Origin: Klebsiella pneumoniae
Lineage (GTDB): Bacteria; Pseudomonadota; Gammaproteobacteria; Pseudomonadales; Azotimanducaceae
Direction of reading: 5' to 3'
Assembly: GCA_945878745.1 (NCBI GenBank)
Contig: CAMDVY010000001.1
Location: forward strand, 1 to 43,859
Length of the DNA stretch: 43,859 nucleotides
Shown here: in pieces, positions 17,906-26,579 of the stretch
Layout: each line of letters begins with the position of its first letter
How positions within the stretch are numbered: the first letter of the stretch is position 1
The notes under the pieces: generated by a model
Told to the model about the DNA's origin: nothing
Databases searched by the model: none
The model's input: the letters and a program-made list of their open reading frames with translations, nothing else
Translations under genes and position numbers: made by a program

Positions 17906-19558
17906 ATGCAGGCGTCAGATCTTTTTGTTCAGTGCCTTGAGGCAGAGGGGCTCGAGTACATCTTTGGAGTGCCGGGTGAAGAAAATGCCCACTTCATGAT
18001 GTCACTCGAAGAGTCCAAGACCATCCGTTTTGTTCTCACCCGACACGAACAAGGCGCGGCCTTCATGGCAGAGATCTATGGACGCCTCACTGGCAATCCG
18101 GCGGCCTGCCTCGGCACGCTTGGTCCCGGGGCCACCAATCTCATCACCGGTGTTGCCGACAGCAATATGGATCGGGCGCCGATGCTGGTGCTGACCGGCC
18201 AAGGCTCGACCCGTCGGCTGCACAAGGAATCGCATCAGGTCATGGACGTGGTTGCCATGTTCCGTCCTGTCACAAAGTGGGCCGATACCATTCGGCACGC
18301 TGACACCATTCCTGAAATGGTACGCAAGGCGATTCGCATTGCGCGTACCGAAAAGCCGGGTGCCGTACATCTGGAATTACCGGAAGACATAGCCAAACAT
18401 CCAACCAATGCGCTGCCGATGAAGCCCGTGCGCTTTCGTCGCCCCGTGCCTGATGACAAGGTTGTGAACAATGCCTTTGAGGTCCTCAGCAAGGCCAAGA
18501 AGCCCATCATCATTGCTGGTAACGGATGCGTCCGGAAGCGTGCGAGCAAGCAGCTGAGAATGCTGTGTGAGAAAACCGGCATCGGTGTCATCAGCACCTT
18601 TATGGCGAAGGGGTGTGTCGACATGGATGCAGACTACTGTCTGTACACCGTAGGGCTCGGCACCAAAGACCGAATGAATTTTGCCATCGATGAGGCAGAT
18701 GTCGTCCTGGCACTGGGTTTCGATATGGTGGAGTATCACCCTCGTCTGTGGAACCCGAGCAAGACCAAGACGATCATCCATGCGGATTTTCTCCCCGCAG
18801 AAATCGATGAGCACTATCACCCGCAAGTCGAAGTAGTTGGTGATCTTGGACACTTCCTGTGGATGCTCAACGAACGTGTCAACGCAGCACCCAACCTCAA
18901 GTTCGACCTGGCCAATCAGAGAAATGCCAGAGAGGTGATGAAGGCCGACCTCGAAGAATACAAGGACGATGACCAGAAGGGTCGGATCCGACCGCAGAAA
19001 GCGATCTGGGATTCTCGAGCGGTGCTTGGTCCCAACGATATTCTTCTGTCGGATGTGGGTGCCCACAAGATGTGGATAGCACGCCACTACCACTGCCATG
19101 AACCCAACACCTGTCTGATCCCCAACGGATTCTGTTCGATGGGCTTTGCGCTACCTGGCGCGATCGCAGCCGCTTTGGTTCATCCGGATCGTCGCATTCT
19201 CGGTATCAGTGGTGATGCCGGTTTCCTGATGAACGTACAGGAAATGGAAACCGCCACCCGTCTTGGCGTCAACATCGTCATGATGGTCTGGGAAGACAAT
19301 GCTTATGGCCTCATCGCCTGGAAGCAGACCAATGAGTTTGGCCGCCATACTGACCTCTCATTTGGCAATCCCGAATGGCTAGGTCTTGCCAAAGCGTTTG
19401 GCTGGAGCGGCCACCGCTGTGAAAACAGCGCTGATCTGCAAGCGACGCTGGAAGCAGCCTTCAATGAGCCAGGCCCGAGTCTGGTGGTCATTCCGATCGA
19501 CTATCGCGAAAACCCCATTTTGACGAAGAAGCTTGGTGAGTTGACGGCGACCATTTAG
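17906..19558 (+). CDS. thiamine-diphosphate enzyme, acetolactate synthase large-subunit-like (AlsS/sll1981 type)
   Basis: 550 aa. The N-terminal pattern is GVPGEEN...RHEQGAAFMAEIYGRLTG...GPGATNL. The ThDP motif is GDAGFLMNVQE...WEDNAYG. No small subunit is adjacent. Confidence 0.8.
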   Translation: MQASDLFVQCLEAEGLEYIFGVPGEENAHFMMSLEESKTIRFVLTRHEQGAAFMAEIYGRLTGNPAACLGTLGPGATNLITGVADSNMDRAPMLVLTGQGSTRRLHKESHQVMDVVAMFRPVTKWADTIRHADTIPEMVRKAIRIARTEKPGAVHLELPEDIAKHPTNALPMKPVRFRRPVPDDKVVNNAFEVLSKAKKPIIIAGNGCVRKRASKQLRMLCEKTGIGVISTFMAKGCVDMDADYCLYTVGLGTKDRMNFAIDEADVVLALGFDMVEYHPRLWNPSKTKTIIHADFLPAEIDEHYHPQVEVVGDLGHFLWMLNERVNAAPNLKFDLANQRNAREVMKADLEEYKDDDQKGRIRPQKAIWDSRAVLGPNDILLSDVGAHKMWIARHYHCHEPNTCLIPNGFCSMGFALPGAIAAALVHPDRRILGISGDAGFLMNVQEMETATRLGVNIVMMVWEDNAYGLIAWKQTNEFGRHTDLSFGNPEWLGLAKAFGWSGHRCENSADLQATLEAAFNEPGPSLVVIPIDYRENPILTKKLGELTATI

Positions 19559-19578
19559 CCACGCCGCACAAACCTGAT

Positions 19579-19597
19579 TGCGCGCTGCCAGCGCGCA
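19579..19597 (+). terminator. GC-rich hairpin after the ALS-like gene
   Basis: The sequence tgcgcgct-gcc-agcgcgca forms an 8-bp perfect stem with a 3-nt loop, followed by ttgggg (a weak T tract). It starts 21 nt after the stop codon. Confidence 0.4.
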
Positions 19598-19666
19598 TTG
19601 GGGTTCACGGCTAGACGGCTCCCGGACAGCCTGCGAAACTCGAGGCTCACCAAAGCGGAATCCCCG

Positions 19667-21277
19667 ATGGCCAGGATCGGAACTGCGGTGGATGTGCGAA
19701 GTGACAGTTACCTCGCCAACGCCACCCATCATCGAAAGCTCACAGATGAACTGAACGAACTCGTGTCACGCATTGCGCTCGGCGGTGATGAACGATCGCG
19801 TGCCCGTCATGTGGAGCGTGGAAAGTTGCTGCCACGTGAGCGTGTTCGTCGTGTACTCGACAATGGCTCTCCCTTTCTGGAAATCGGCCAGCTCGCTGGA
19901 CATCAGTTGTATGAAGACTGGTTGCCCGCCGCAGGATTGATAGCCGGAATAGGACGAGTTGCTGGCATCGAATGCATGATCGTTGCCAACGATGCGACGG
20001 TGAAGGGTGGCAGTTATTACCCGATCACGGTGAAAAAACACCTGCGTGCACAGGAAATTGCCGCAGAAAATCACCTGCCGTGCATCTATCTGGTCGACTC
20101 GGGTGGCGCGTTTCTGCCTGAGCAAGCGGGGGTTTTTCCCGATCGAGAACACTTCGGGCGAATCTTTTTTAACCAGGCGAATCTGTCGGCGGCAGGCATT
20201 CCGCAGATCGCGGTCGTTATGGGGTCCTGTACCGCTGGCGGCGCCTATGTTCCGGCGATGTGTGATCAATCGATCATCGTGCGTAATCAAGGCACGATCT
20301 TTCTCGGTGGTCCGCCACTGGTCAAAGCCGCAACCGGAGAAATCGTCGATGCAGAAAGCCTGGGTGGCGGAGACGTGCACAGCCGCATATCAGGCGTGAC
20401 CGACTATCTGGCTGAAAACGACGAACATGCATTGATGCTGGTGCGTGAAGCGGTCAGTCATAGCATGCCGTTGTACGACACGACCGTCGCAGTTCAACCC
20501 TCCCAAGCGCCCGCGTTCGCAGCGGAAGAACTGTATGGCATCCTGCCGCGAGACACGCGTACACCGGTAGATGTCAGGGAAATCATTGCGCGGTTGGTAG
20601 ATGGTTCGGAGTGGCACGAATTCAAGCGTACCTACGGTGAGACCCTGGTCTGTGGTTTTGCTCACATTGACGGTATGCCGGTCGCGATCATCGCCAACAA
20701 CGGCATTCTGTTTTCCGAGTCCGCGCTGAAAGGCGCTCACTTTATTCAATTGGCGGATCGTCGAGGCATTCCACTGGTTTTTCTGCAGAACATCACCGGC
20801 TTCATGGTCGGCCGGAAGTATGAAAATCAGGGCATTGCCAAAGATGGCGCCAAGATGGTGACGGCCGTTGCCTGTGCGCGAGTGCCGAAGTTCACGGTGG
20901 TGATTGGCGGCTCGTTCGGCGCTGGAAACTATGCAATGTGCGGTCGTGCCTATGGCGCACGTTTTCTCTGGATGTGGCCGAACGCGCGCATTTCTGTGAT
21001 GGGCGGTGAACAGGCCGCTCACGTTCTTGCCACGGTTCGCGAAGAGGGAATGACCCAACGCAAGCAAATCTGGGATGCACAGGACAAGACTGCGTTCATG
21101 GATGACATTCGCGCACGGTACGACGCTGAAGGACATCCGTTCTACGCCAGTGCGAGACTTTGGGATGACGGTGTGATCAGTCCGGTCGACACACGCAGGG
21201 TGCTGGCGCTGGCACTGGCGGTTGCCTGTCGTCGCAGCAAATCACCACGCTCAACCTTTGGCATATTCAGGATGTAA
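19667..21277 (+). CDS. acyl-CoA carboxylase carboxyltransferase (beta) subunit, methylcrotonyl-/geranyl-CoA carboxylase type
   Basis: The start is ATG 19667 (MARIGTAVD), giving 536 aa. The pattern is typical of MCC-beta: [47 protein letters not shown]. Confidence 0.85.
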   Translation: MARIGTAVDVRSDSYLANATHHRKLTDELNELVSRIALGGDERSRARHVERGKLLPRERVRRVLDNGSPFLEIGQLAGHQLYEDWLPAAGLIAGIGRVAGIECMIVANDATVKGGSYYPITVKKHLRAQEIAAENHLPCIYLVDSGGAFLPEQAGVFPDREHFGRIFFNQANLSAAGIPQIAVVMGSCTAGGAYVPAMCDQSIIVRNQGTIFLGGPPLVKAATGEIVDAESLGGGDVHSRISGVTDYLAENDEHALMLVREAVSHSMPLYDTTVAVQPSQAPAFAAEELYGILPRDTRTPVDVREIIARLVDGSEWHEFKRTYGETLVCGFAHIDGMPVAIIANNGILFSESALKGAHFIQLADRRGIPLVFLQNITGFMVGRKYENQGIAKDGAKMVTAVACARVPKFTVVIGGSFGAGNYAMCGRAYGARFLWMWPNARISVMGGEQAAHVLATVREEGMTQRKQIWDAQDKTAFMDDIRARYDAEGHPFYASARLWDDGVISPVDTRRVLALALAVACRRSKSPRSTFGIFRM

Positions 21278-21281
21278 TGAC

Positions 21282-23210
21282 ATGCGAAGTCTGCTGATTG
21301 CCAATCGGGGAGAAATTGCCTGTCGCATCATGCGCACTGCCAGCTTGCTCGGCATACGCACCATTGCGGTGTACTCGGAGGTTGATGCGAATTCGATGCA
21401 TGTTCGGCTGGCTGATGAGGGGTACTGCATCGGACCGGCGGCAGCCCTGCAAAGCTATCTGAATATTCCAGCGCTGATTGAAGCCATTAAGGCATCAGGC
21501 GCTGATGCCGTGCATCCGGGATACGGTTTTTTGTCAGAGAACGAGGCCTTTGCTGCTGCGGTGGTCGAAGCTGGCGCCGTGTGGGTCGGCCCGGATGCTG
21601 CTTCGAGACGCATCATGGGTTCGAAGATTGAGGCCAAACGAACGGTCTCTGCGGCGGGTACGCCAGTCGTCCCGGGTTACAACGGTGATGACCAGAGTGA
21701 AAAAGTACTCATCGAACAAGCGGAGCGCGTTGGGTTTCCACTGTTGATCAAAGCATCAGCGGGTGGTGGTGGAAAGGGCATGCGGGTTGTCCGTAGTGCT
21801 TCGGCGTTCACCGAGGCACTGGCTGGTGCCAGGCGTGAAGCCAAGAACGCATTCAATGATGACCGTGTTCTTCTAGAGCGCTATCTAACCGCGCCCAAGC
21901 ACATCGAGGTTCAGATCCTTGCTGATCAGCATGGCAACACGCTGCACTTGTTCGAACGTGACTGCTCTGTGCAGCGTCGACATCAGAAGGTCATTGAAGA
22001 GGCGCCAGCACCCTCCGTCGATGCGCAGTTGCGGGAGCGGCTTGGCGCTGCGGCTGTGGCGGCCGCGAGAAGCGTGAATTACGTAGGCGCGGGCACCATC
22101 GAGTTCATAACCGAGAACGGTGAGTTCTTTTTCATGGAAATGAACACGAGGCTTCAGGTTGAACACCCGGTGACGGAAGCGATCACCGGGCTCGACCTGG
22201 TGGAGTGGCAACTTCGAATTGCTGCCGGTGAAAAGCTGCCGTTCAGTCAGGCGGATCTCAGGATCACCGGGCACGCCGTCGAAGCTCGGGTCTACGCTGA
22301 AAATCCCTCCCGCCGATTCCTGCCCTCGACTGGAAGGTTGTTGCGTGTGTCTTTCCCTGCAGATGTACGTGTCGATAGTGGCGTGCGCAGTGGCGACTCG
22401 GTGAGCATCCACTATGATCCGATGATCGCCAAGGTAATCGCTCATGGCAGCTCTCGCGCTGAGGCGATCGGACGACTGCGCAGGGCGCTCGCGTCCTCTG
22501 AAATCTGTGGTGTTCAGCACAACACCGGCTATCTGGTCAGTGCGCTGGCTGAGCCAGATTTTGTCGGCGGTCACTACACGACCGGATTTGCGGACGCACA
22601 TCATGAGTCGCTCATTGCTGTGGATGAACAGCCTTTTCTGATGGCCGCTGCGATTGCGACAAATCATCGCACGGAGAGTCGTGGGCCGTGGGATGCCACT
22701 GATGGTTTTGCGCCAAACCTTGGTCAAGGTGTTGAGTGCGATTTGTTGATTGGGGAGACCAGGGCTTCAGTACGACTGCCAGGCAAGGGTGAAAGGAACC
22801 AGATCGTGCCTGGCGTCGTTCAAGTGGATACGAACACTGTTCGTATGGAATTCAAACATCAGGCGCGATCCGTAAAGGCAACCGTGCTACGTGACGGGAA
22901 GGTGATGCATGTGATCATCGATGGCACGACCCTGATCGTCCGTGATCTGGCGACTGACATCGATCGTTTTGTCCTGACCGGCGTTCGGACCGGCGGGATT
23001 GTTGCGCCGCTGCCGGGACAGGTCCTGCAACTCAAGGTGAAAGCGGGTGATCAGGTTCGTGAGGGCGATCTTCTGGCGATCATCGAGGCGATGAAGATGG
23101 AACACTCGATCCGGTCACCGCGGGACGGCAAAGTGTCGGCGGTGCACTGCACGGAGGGCGGCAGGGTGGACGAAGGCGCTGAGTTGATCACACTTGATCC
23201 GGAGGAGTGA
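21282..23210 (+). CDS. acyl-CoA carboxylase biotin carboxylase + biotin-carrier (alpha) subunit, MCC-alpha type
   Basis: The start is ATG 21282 (MRSLLIANRGEIACRI), giving 642 aa. It has the ATP-grasp motifs (GGGGKGMR, EMNTRLQVEH) and the C-terminal biotinylation motif IIEAMKMEH. It begins 4 nt after the beta-subunit stop. Confidence 0.9.
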   Translation: MRSLLIANRGEIACRIMRTASLLGIRTIAVYSEVDANSMHVRLADEGYCIGPAAALQSYLNIPALIEAIKASGADAVHPGYGFLSENEAFAAAVVEAGAVWVGPDAASRRIMGSKIEAKRTVSAAGTPVVPGYNGDDQSEKVLIEQAERVGFPLLIKASAGGGGKGMRVVRSASAFTEALAGARREAKNAFNDDRVLLERYLTAPKHIEVQILADQHGNTLHLFERDCSVQRRHQKVIEEAPAPSVDAQLRERLGAAAVAAARSVNYVGAGTIEFITENGEFFFMEMNTRLQVEHPVTEAITGLDLVEWQLRIAAGEKLPFSQADLRITGHAVEARVYAENPSRRFLPSTGRLLRVSFPADVRVDSGVRSGDSVSIHYDPMIAKVIAHGSSRAEAIGRLRRALASSEICGVQHNTGYLVSALAEPDFVGGHYTTGFADAHHESLIAVDEQPFLMAAAIATNHRTESRGPWDATDGFAPNLGQGVECDLLIGETRASVRLPGKGERNQIVPGVVQVDTNTVRMEFKHQARSVKATVLRDGKVMHVIIDGTTLIVRDLATDIDRFVLTGVRTGGIVAPLPGQVLQLKVKAGDQVREGDLLAIIEAMKMEHSIRSPRDGKVSAVHCTEGGRVDEGAELITLDPEE

Positions 23211-23299
23211 TCGTCGCTGAGGGGTTTCCAGTCTGTGCCAACACCCAACGGCAAAAAAACTGGCCTTGTTCGTGGACGTCTAAAGGCATGGAAACTGCG

Positions 23300-23328
23300 C
23301 TGTTATGGTTGGGATCGGCGGGTATAAT
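23300..23328 (+). promoter_or_regulatory. candidate sigma70 promoter for cytochrome c5 (perfect TATAAT)
   Basis: TATAAT lies at 23323-23328, with a weak -35 (ctgtta, 23300-23305, 17-nt spacer). A hairpin, gcgctt-ccg-aagcgc (23333-23347), follows immediately in the leader. Confidence 0.3.
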
Positions 23329-23374
23329 CCCCGCGCTTCCGAAGCGCTCAATTGATCTGAAGGAGAGAAAGACG

Positions 23375-23815
23375 GTGACTCAACCGGCTCATCTGAAATC
23401 CGGCATTTACATCACAGGACTGTTGCTCGGTGCGTTGTTGTTTGCGCCCTATGCGTCAGCCGTGCCGCCGGGCACGCAGGACGAAATTCGCACCAGGCTC
23501 CAACCCGAAGGTTCGGTATGCCGAAAGGGCGATGATTGTGGCACGGCAGCGGCAGCTGTAGCGACTGGCCCCCTGACAGGCGATCAGGTGTACAACCAGT
23601 TCTGTTTTGCCTGCCATGCGACGGGCGTCAGCGGGGCACCAGCCTTTGGCAATGCTGAGCAATGGGCGCCTCGCGCAGCGAAAGGAAGGGATGCACTTCT
23701 CAAGACGTCAATCGACGGTATAAATGCCATGCCAGCCAAAGGCACGTGCGTCAACTGTTCCGATGATGACCTGAAAGCGGGAATCCAGTACATGCTGGAC
23801 GGCAGCGCAGGCTAG
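23375..23815 (+). CDS. cytochrome c5
   Basis: GTG 23375 lies 7 nt after AAGGAGAG. The signal-anchor is VTQPAHLKSGIYITGLLLGALLFAPYASA. It has the haem motif CFACHATG and the c5-typical C-terminal Cys pair (GTCVNC). Confidence 0.85.
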   Translation: MTQPAHLKSGIYITGLLLGALLFAPYASAVPPGTQDEIRTRLQPEGSVCRKGDDCGTAAAAVATGPLTGDQVYNQFCFACHATGVSGAPAFGNAEQWAPRAAKGRDALLKTSIDGINAMPAKGTCVNCSDDDLKAGIQYMLDGSAG

Positions 23816-23829
23816 TTGAGTTGGCTAAT

Positions 23830-23846
23830 CGCCCGGAGCCCGGGCG
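23830..23846. terminator. hairpin between the convergent cytochrome c5 and yifB genes
   Basis: The sequence cgcccgg-agc-ccgggcg forms a perfect 7-bp GC stem. There is no clear T tract on either strand. Confidence 0.35.
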
Positions 23847-23867
23847 CGTGAGGGGTTTAGAATTTCC

Positions 23868-25367
23868 TTAACCAGATACGCCCTGATCCCAATTCAATGA
23901 CCGATAGGACAGCGCTTCCGCGATGTCCACAGCTTCGATGGTCTCCGCCGTGCGCAGGTCTGCGATCGTACGCCCTACGCGCAACATCTTGTCGTAGCTC
24001 CGAGCGGAGAGGTGTTGCCGTTCGACTGCGGCGTGTAACAACGCCGCGGCCGTCGGTGCGAGTGTCGCGTGCTCGCGAGTAGCGCCCGGGTCGAGCGCGC
24101 CGTTGAGGCAACCCTGCCTGCGCAACTGTAGTTTTCTTGATTCTGCAACCAGCTGTTTCGGGGCAACTTCCTTCGTCGTTCCAGTGTTTGCCAGAGCGTT
24201 TGCCGATAGCTCACTCACTCTCAGGTGCAGATCGATACGATCGAGCAGGGGACCTGACACCCTGCGTTGATAACGAAGTCTCTCCTGACTGCTGCACCGG
24301 CAGGTTTCCTTTCGACACGTCCGACCGGCCGGGCAAGGATTCATGGCAGCGATGAGCTGGAACACGGCCGGGTACCGAAGACGGAAGCGAGCACGGGACA
24401 GGTGAATCTCTCCGGATTGCAGCGGTTCTCGCAAGTGTTCGAGAACGCTGGGTGAGAAGTGGGGCAGCTCGTCCAGAAACAGGACGCCATGATGGCTGAG
24501 GGAGATCTCTCCTGGTCGAGCCTGCGGGCCACCGCCAACCATCGCGGCCGAGGTAGCCGTGTGGTGAGGGGCGCGCACCGGAGGGCGCCGTACCGCCGGT
24601 GAGACTACCGCTGCGGCTGAGTGAATCGCGGCGACTTCAACGGTCTGCTCGTCAGCCAGATCCGGCAACAATTCGGGCAAGGCCCGAGCAAGCATGCTTT
24701 TGCCGGCGCCGGGTGGTCCGATCATGAGAAGGTGATGTGCTCCGGTCGCTGCGACCAGCAGCGCGCGTTTGGCAGCTTGTTGACCGATGATCTGCGAGTA
24801 GATTTCGGGTGCATCGATCTTCAAAGGATCGGCGACTGTCGTTGCGACAGATTTGATGGGTTGACCCTGCAGCAGGGCGAGTACGTCGCGCAGTGAGTCG
24901 ACTCCGACTACATCGAACACCGCATGATGAAATTCGTTGATGTTTGCCGCGGGAACAACCAACTTTCTGCCGCAATCACGAGCCGCCAATGCGGCGCAAA
25001 GCGCGCCACGGACGCCTCTGATCTCGCCGTAGAGACCAAGCTCACCCACGAACTCAAAGCCCTTGAGGGATGCTTCGCGAATGGTGCCGTTGGCGGCCAG
25101 GATACCCAGTGCGATGGCCAGGTCGTAACGTGTTCCTTCTTTGGCGAGATCGGCGGGTGCCAGATTCACGACAATCCGTTGATCCGGGTACGGCAGGCCG
25201 CTGTTTTGAATCGCACTCTTGACGCGAATTCTCGACTCCCGAAGCGCTGATTCCGGCAGCCCGACCAGGGTAAAACCGGGAACCCCAGGCTGGAGATGGG
25301 TTTCGACCGTGATCAGCGGGGCATCGAGACCGAGTTGGGCTCGAGTGAGAATACTCTGCAAGCGCAC
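23868..25367 (-). CDS. yifB: YifB/ComM family Mg-chelatase-like AAA+ ATPase
   Basis: The preferred start is GTG 25367 (MRLQSILTRAQLGLDAPLITVETHL), giving 499 aa. It has Walker A GPPGAGKS, VLFLDELPHF and the C-terminal ChlI-like region. Confidence 0.9.
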   Translation of the reverse strand: MRLQSILTRAQLGLDAPLITVETHLQPGVPGFTLVGLPESALRESRIRVKSAIQNSGLPYPDQRIVVNLAPADLAKEGTRYDLAIALGILAANGTIREASLKGFEFVGELGLYGEIRGVRGALCAALAARDCGRKLVVPAANINEFHHAVFDVVGVDSLRDVLALLQGQPIKSVATTVADPLKIDAPEIYSQIIGQQAAKRALLVAATGAHHLLMIGPPGAGKSMLARALPELLPDLADEQTVEVAAIHSAAAVVSPAVRRPPVRAPHHTATSAAMVGGGPQARPGEISLSHHGVLFLDELPHFSPSVLEHLREPLQSGEIHLSRARFRLRYPAVFQLIAAMNPCPAGRTCRKETCRCSSQERLRYQRRVSGPLLDRIDLHLRVSELSANALANTGTTKEVAPKQLVAESRKLQLRRQGCLNGALDPGATREHATLAPTAAALLHAAVERQHLSARSYDKMLRVGRTIADLRTAETIEAVDIAEALSYRSLNWDQGVSG

Positions 25368-25377
25368 GGTACGAGTT

Positions 25378-25632
25378 TCACCGACCGGTTTTGTTGCTTT
25401 CGATGAGCAGGGCCAGCTGCTGTTCGAGGCGGGCAACTTGTTGCTGCATGGTCTCCAGTTCTGACTTCAGTCGATCGAACTCCAGCTTTGGAACAAGCTG
25501 CAGGCGGTTCAGGAAGGTCTCGGTGCGGTCGCCCGCCGGCGAGAGAAGTTGCTGGTCTATTGCGCCAGTCAGGGCGCCAAAAGCAGTTTGCGCCGTCTGC
25601 AGTAGAGCATCGAGAGGATGTTTGGCTTCCAT
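25378..25632 (-). CDS. ubiK: ubiquinone biosynthesis accessory factor UbiK (YqiC/BMFP family)
   Basis: ATG 25632 follows a GGAG SD, giving 84 aa. The C-terminal coiled coil, EFDRLKSELETMQQQVARLEQQLALL, is typical of UbiK. The gene ends 10 nt before the yifB start. Confidence 0.75.
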   Translation of the reverse strand: MEAKHPLDALLQTAQTAFGALTGAIDQQLLSPAGDRTETFLNRLQLVPKLEFDRLKSELETMQQQVARLEQQLALLIESNKTGR

Positions 25633-25879
25633 TAGGCGCTCCACGCAATAACAATAGGTGGTCATGGTATGTTGATCCAGGGGCTGGACCAAGCGAGCAA
25701 GTCCTTCAACGCTGTGAGCCAGTGACCCGTCACCGCAGAAAGCCATGATCAAGCGCGCCGGTTTTACGCCAAGTTTGGCGCATTTGGTGATAATTCTCCG
25801 TTAAATGTAGGCTTGCCTGCTCGGTTCGCTCAAACTGGGCTGATGCAAAGCGGAACCTAATGACTGAGTTGGGTCCTAA

Positions 25880-26233
<354 letters not shown>

Positions 26234-26240
26234 CGCGGAC

Positions 26241-26268
26241 TTGCACAATTCGAGTCGTGTTCTATAAC
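26241..26268 (+). promoter_or_regulatory. candidate sigma70 promoter upstream of the sutA-like gene
   Basis: TTGCAC (26241-26246), then a 16-nt spacer, then TATAAC (26263-26268). The -10 hexamer ends 29 nt before ATG 26298. Confidence 0.3.
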
Positions 26269-26297
26269 TACCGGCGTCAATTGGATGTTGTGGAGGC

Positions 26298-26513
26298 ATG
26301 AACAGAATGAGTACGACCCCAGATATCGATACCGCGCTTTCCGTTGAAGGCACTTCCCACTCAGCCAAGGTAAAGGCAGGTGTGCGAAAAAATATTGCCA
26401 ATGATGTGGAGGCTTTCCTGCGTCAGGGCGGCAAAATCGCCGAGGTCCCCAAAAATTTCCGAGCCGATCCCCCGCGCAAGCCCGAGAGCAACTACGGGCG
26501 TGGCTCGATCTGA
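26298..26513 (+). CDS. sutA: SutA-like RNA-polymerase-associated small regulator
   Basis: 71 aa. The C-terminal half, VEAFLRQGGKIAEVPKNFRADPPRKPESNYGRGSI, matches my recollection of the Pseudomonas SutA C-terminus (FLSRGGKV..I....ADPPKKP.SKYG). The position near P-II/ubiK/yifB is also as in P. aeruginosa. Confidence 0.55.
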   Translation: MNRMSTTPDIDTALSVEGTSHSAKVKAGVRKNIANDVEAFLRQGGKIAEVPKNFRADPPRKPESNYGRGSI

Positions 26514-26579
26514 TCAGACTGGCTTTGCAGCCTTCGGAATGTGGGTAAGATGCCCGGCCTCTGAAACAGGTAGTGGCTG

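Noticed and set aside
17906-19558. The ThDP enzyme considered as sulfoacetaldehyde acetyltransferase (Xsc) because of the Tpa-Ald-Xsc-like neighbourhood.
   Set aside because: Its length (550 aa, against about 590-600 for Xsc from memory) and its N-terminal motif pattern look like AlsS/sll1981-type acetolactate synthase. I left it as an open question rather than a call.
16922-22727. Several long antisense ORFs (16922-17665, 18377-19099, 20390-21136, 21885-22727; 240-280 aa each).
   Set aside because: Each lies entirely inside a well-supported enzyme gene on the opposite strand (aminotransferase, ALS-like, carboxylase beta and alpha) and has an Arg/His-rich low-complexity translation.
25775-25794. 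A TGGCGC-N-GGTGATAAT stretch upstream of glnK, considered as a sigma54 (-24/-12) promoter or an extended -10.
   Set aside because: It has no GC at the -12 position and the spacing to the GG is wrong. The TG is also misplaced for an extended -10. This is too weak to call.
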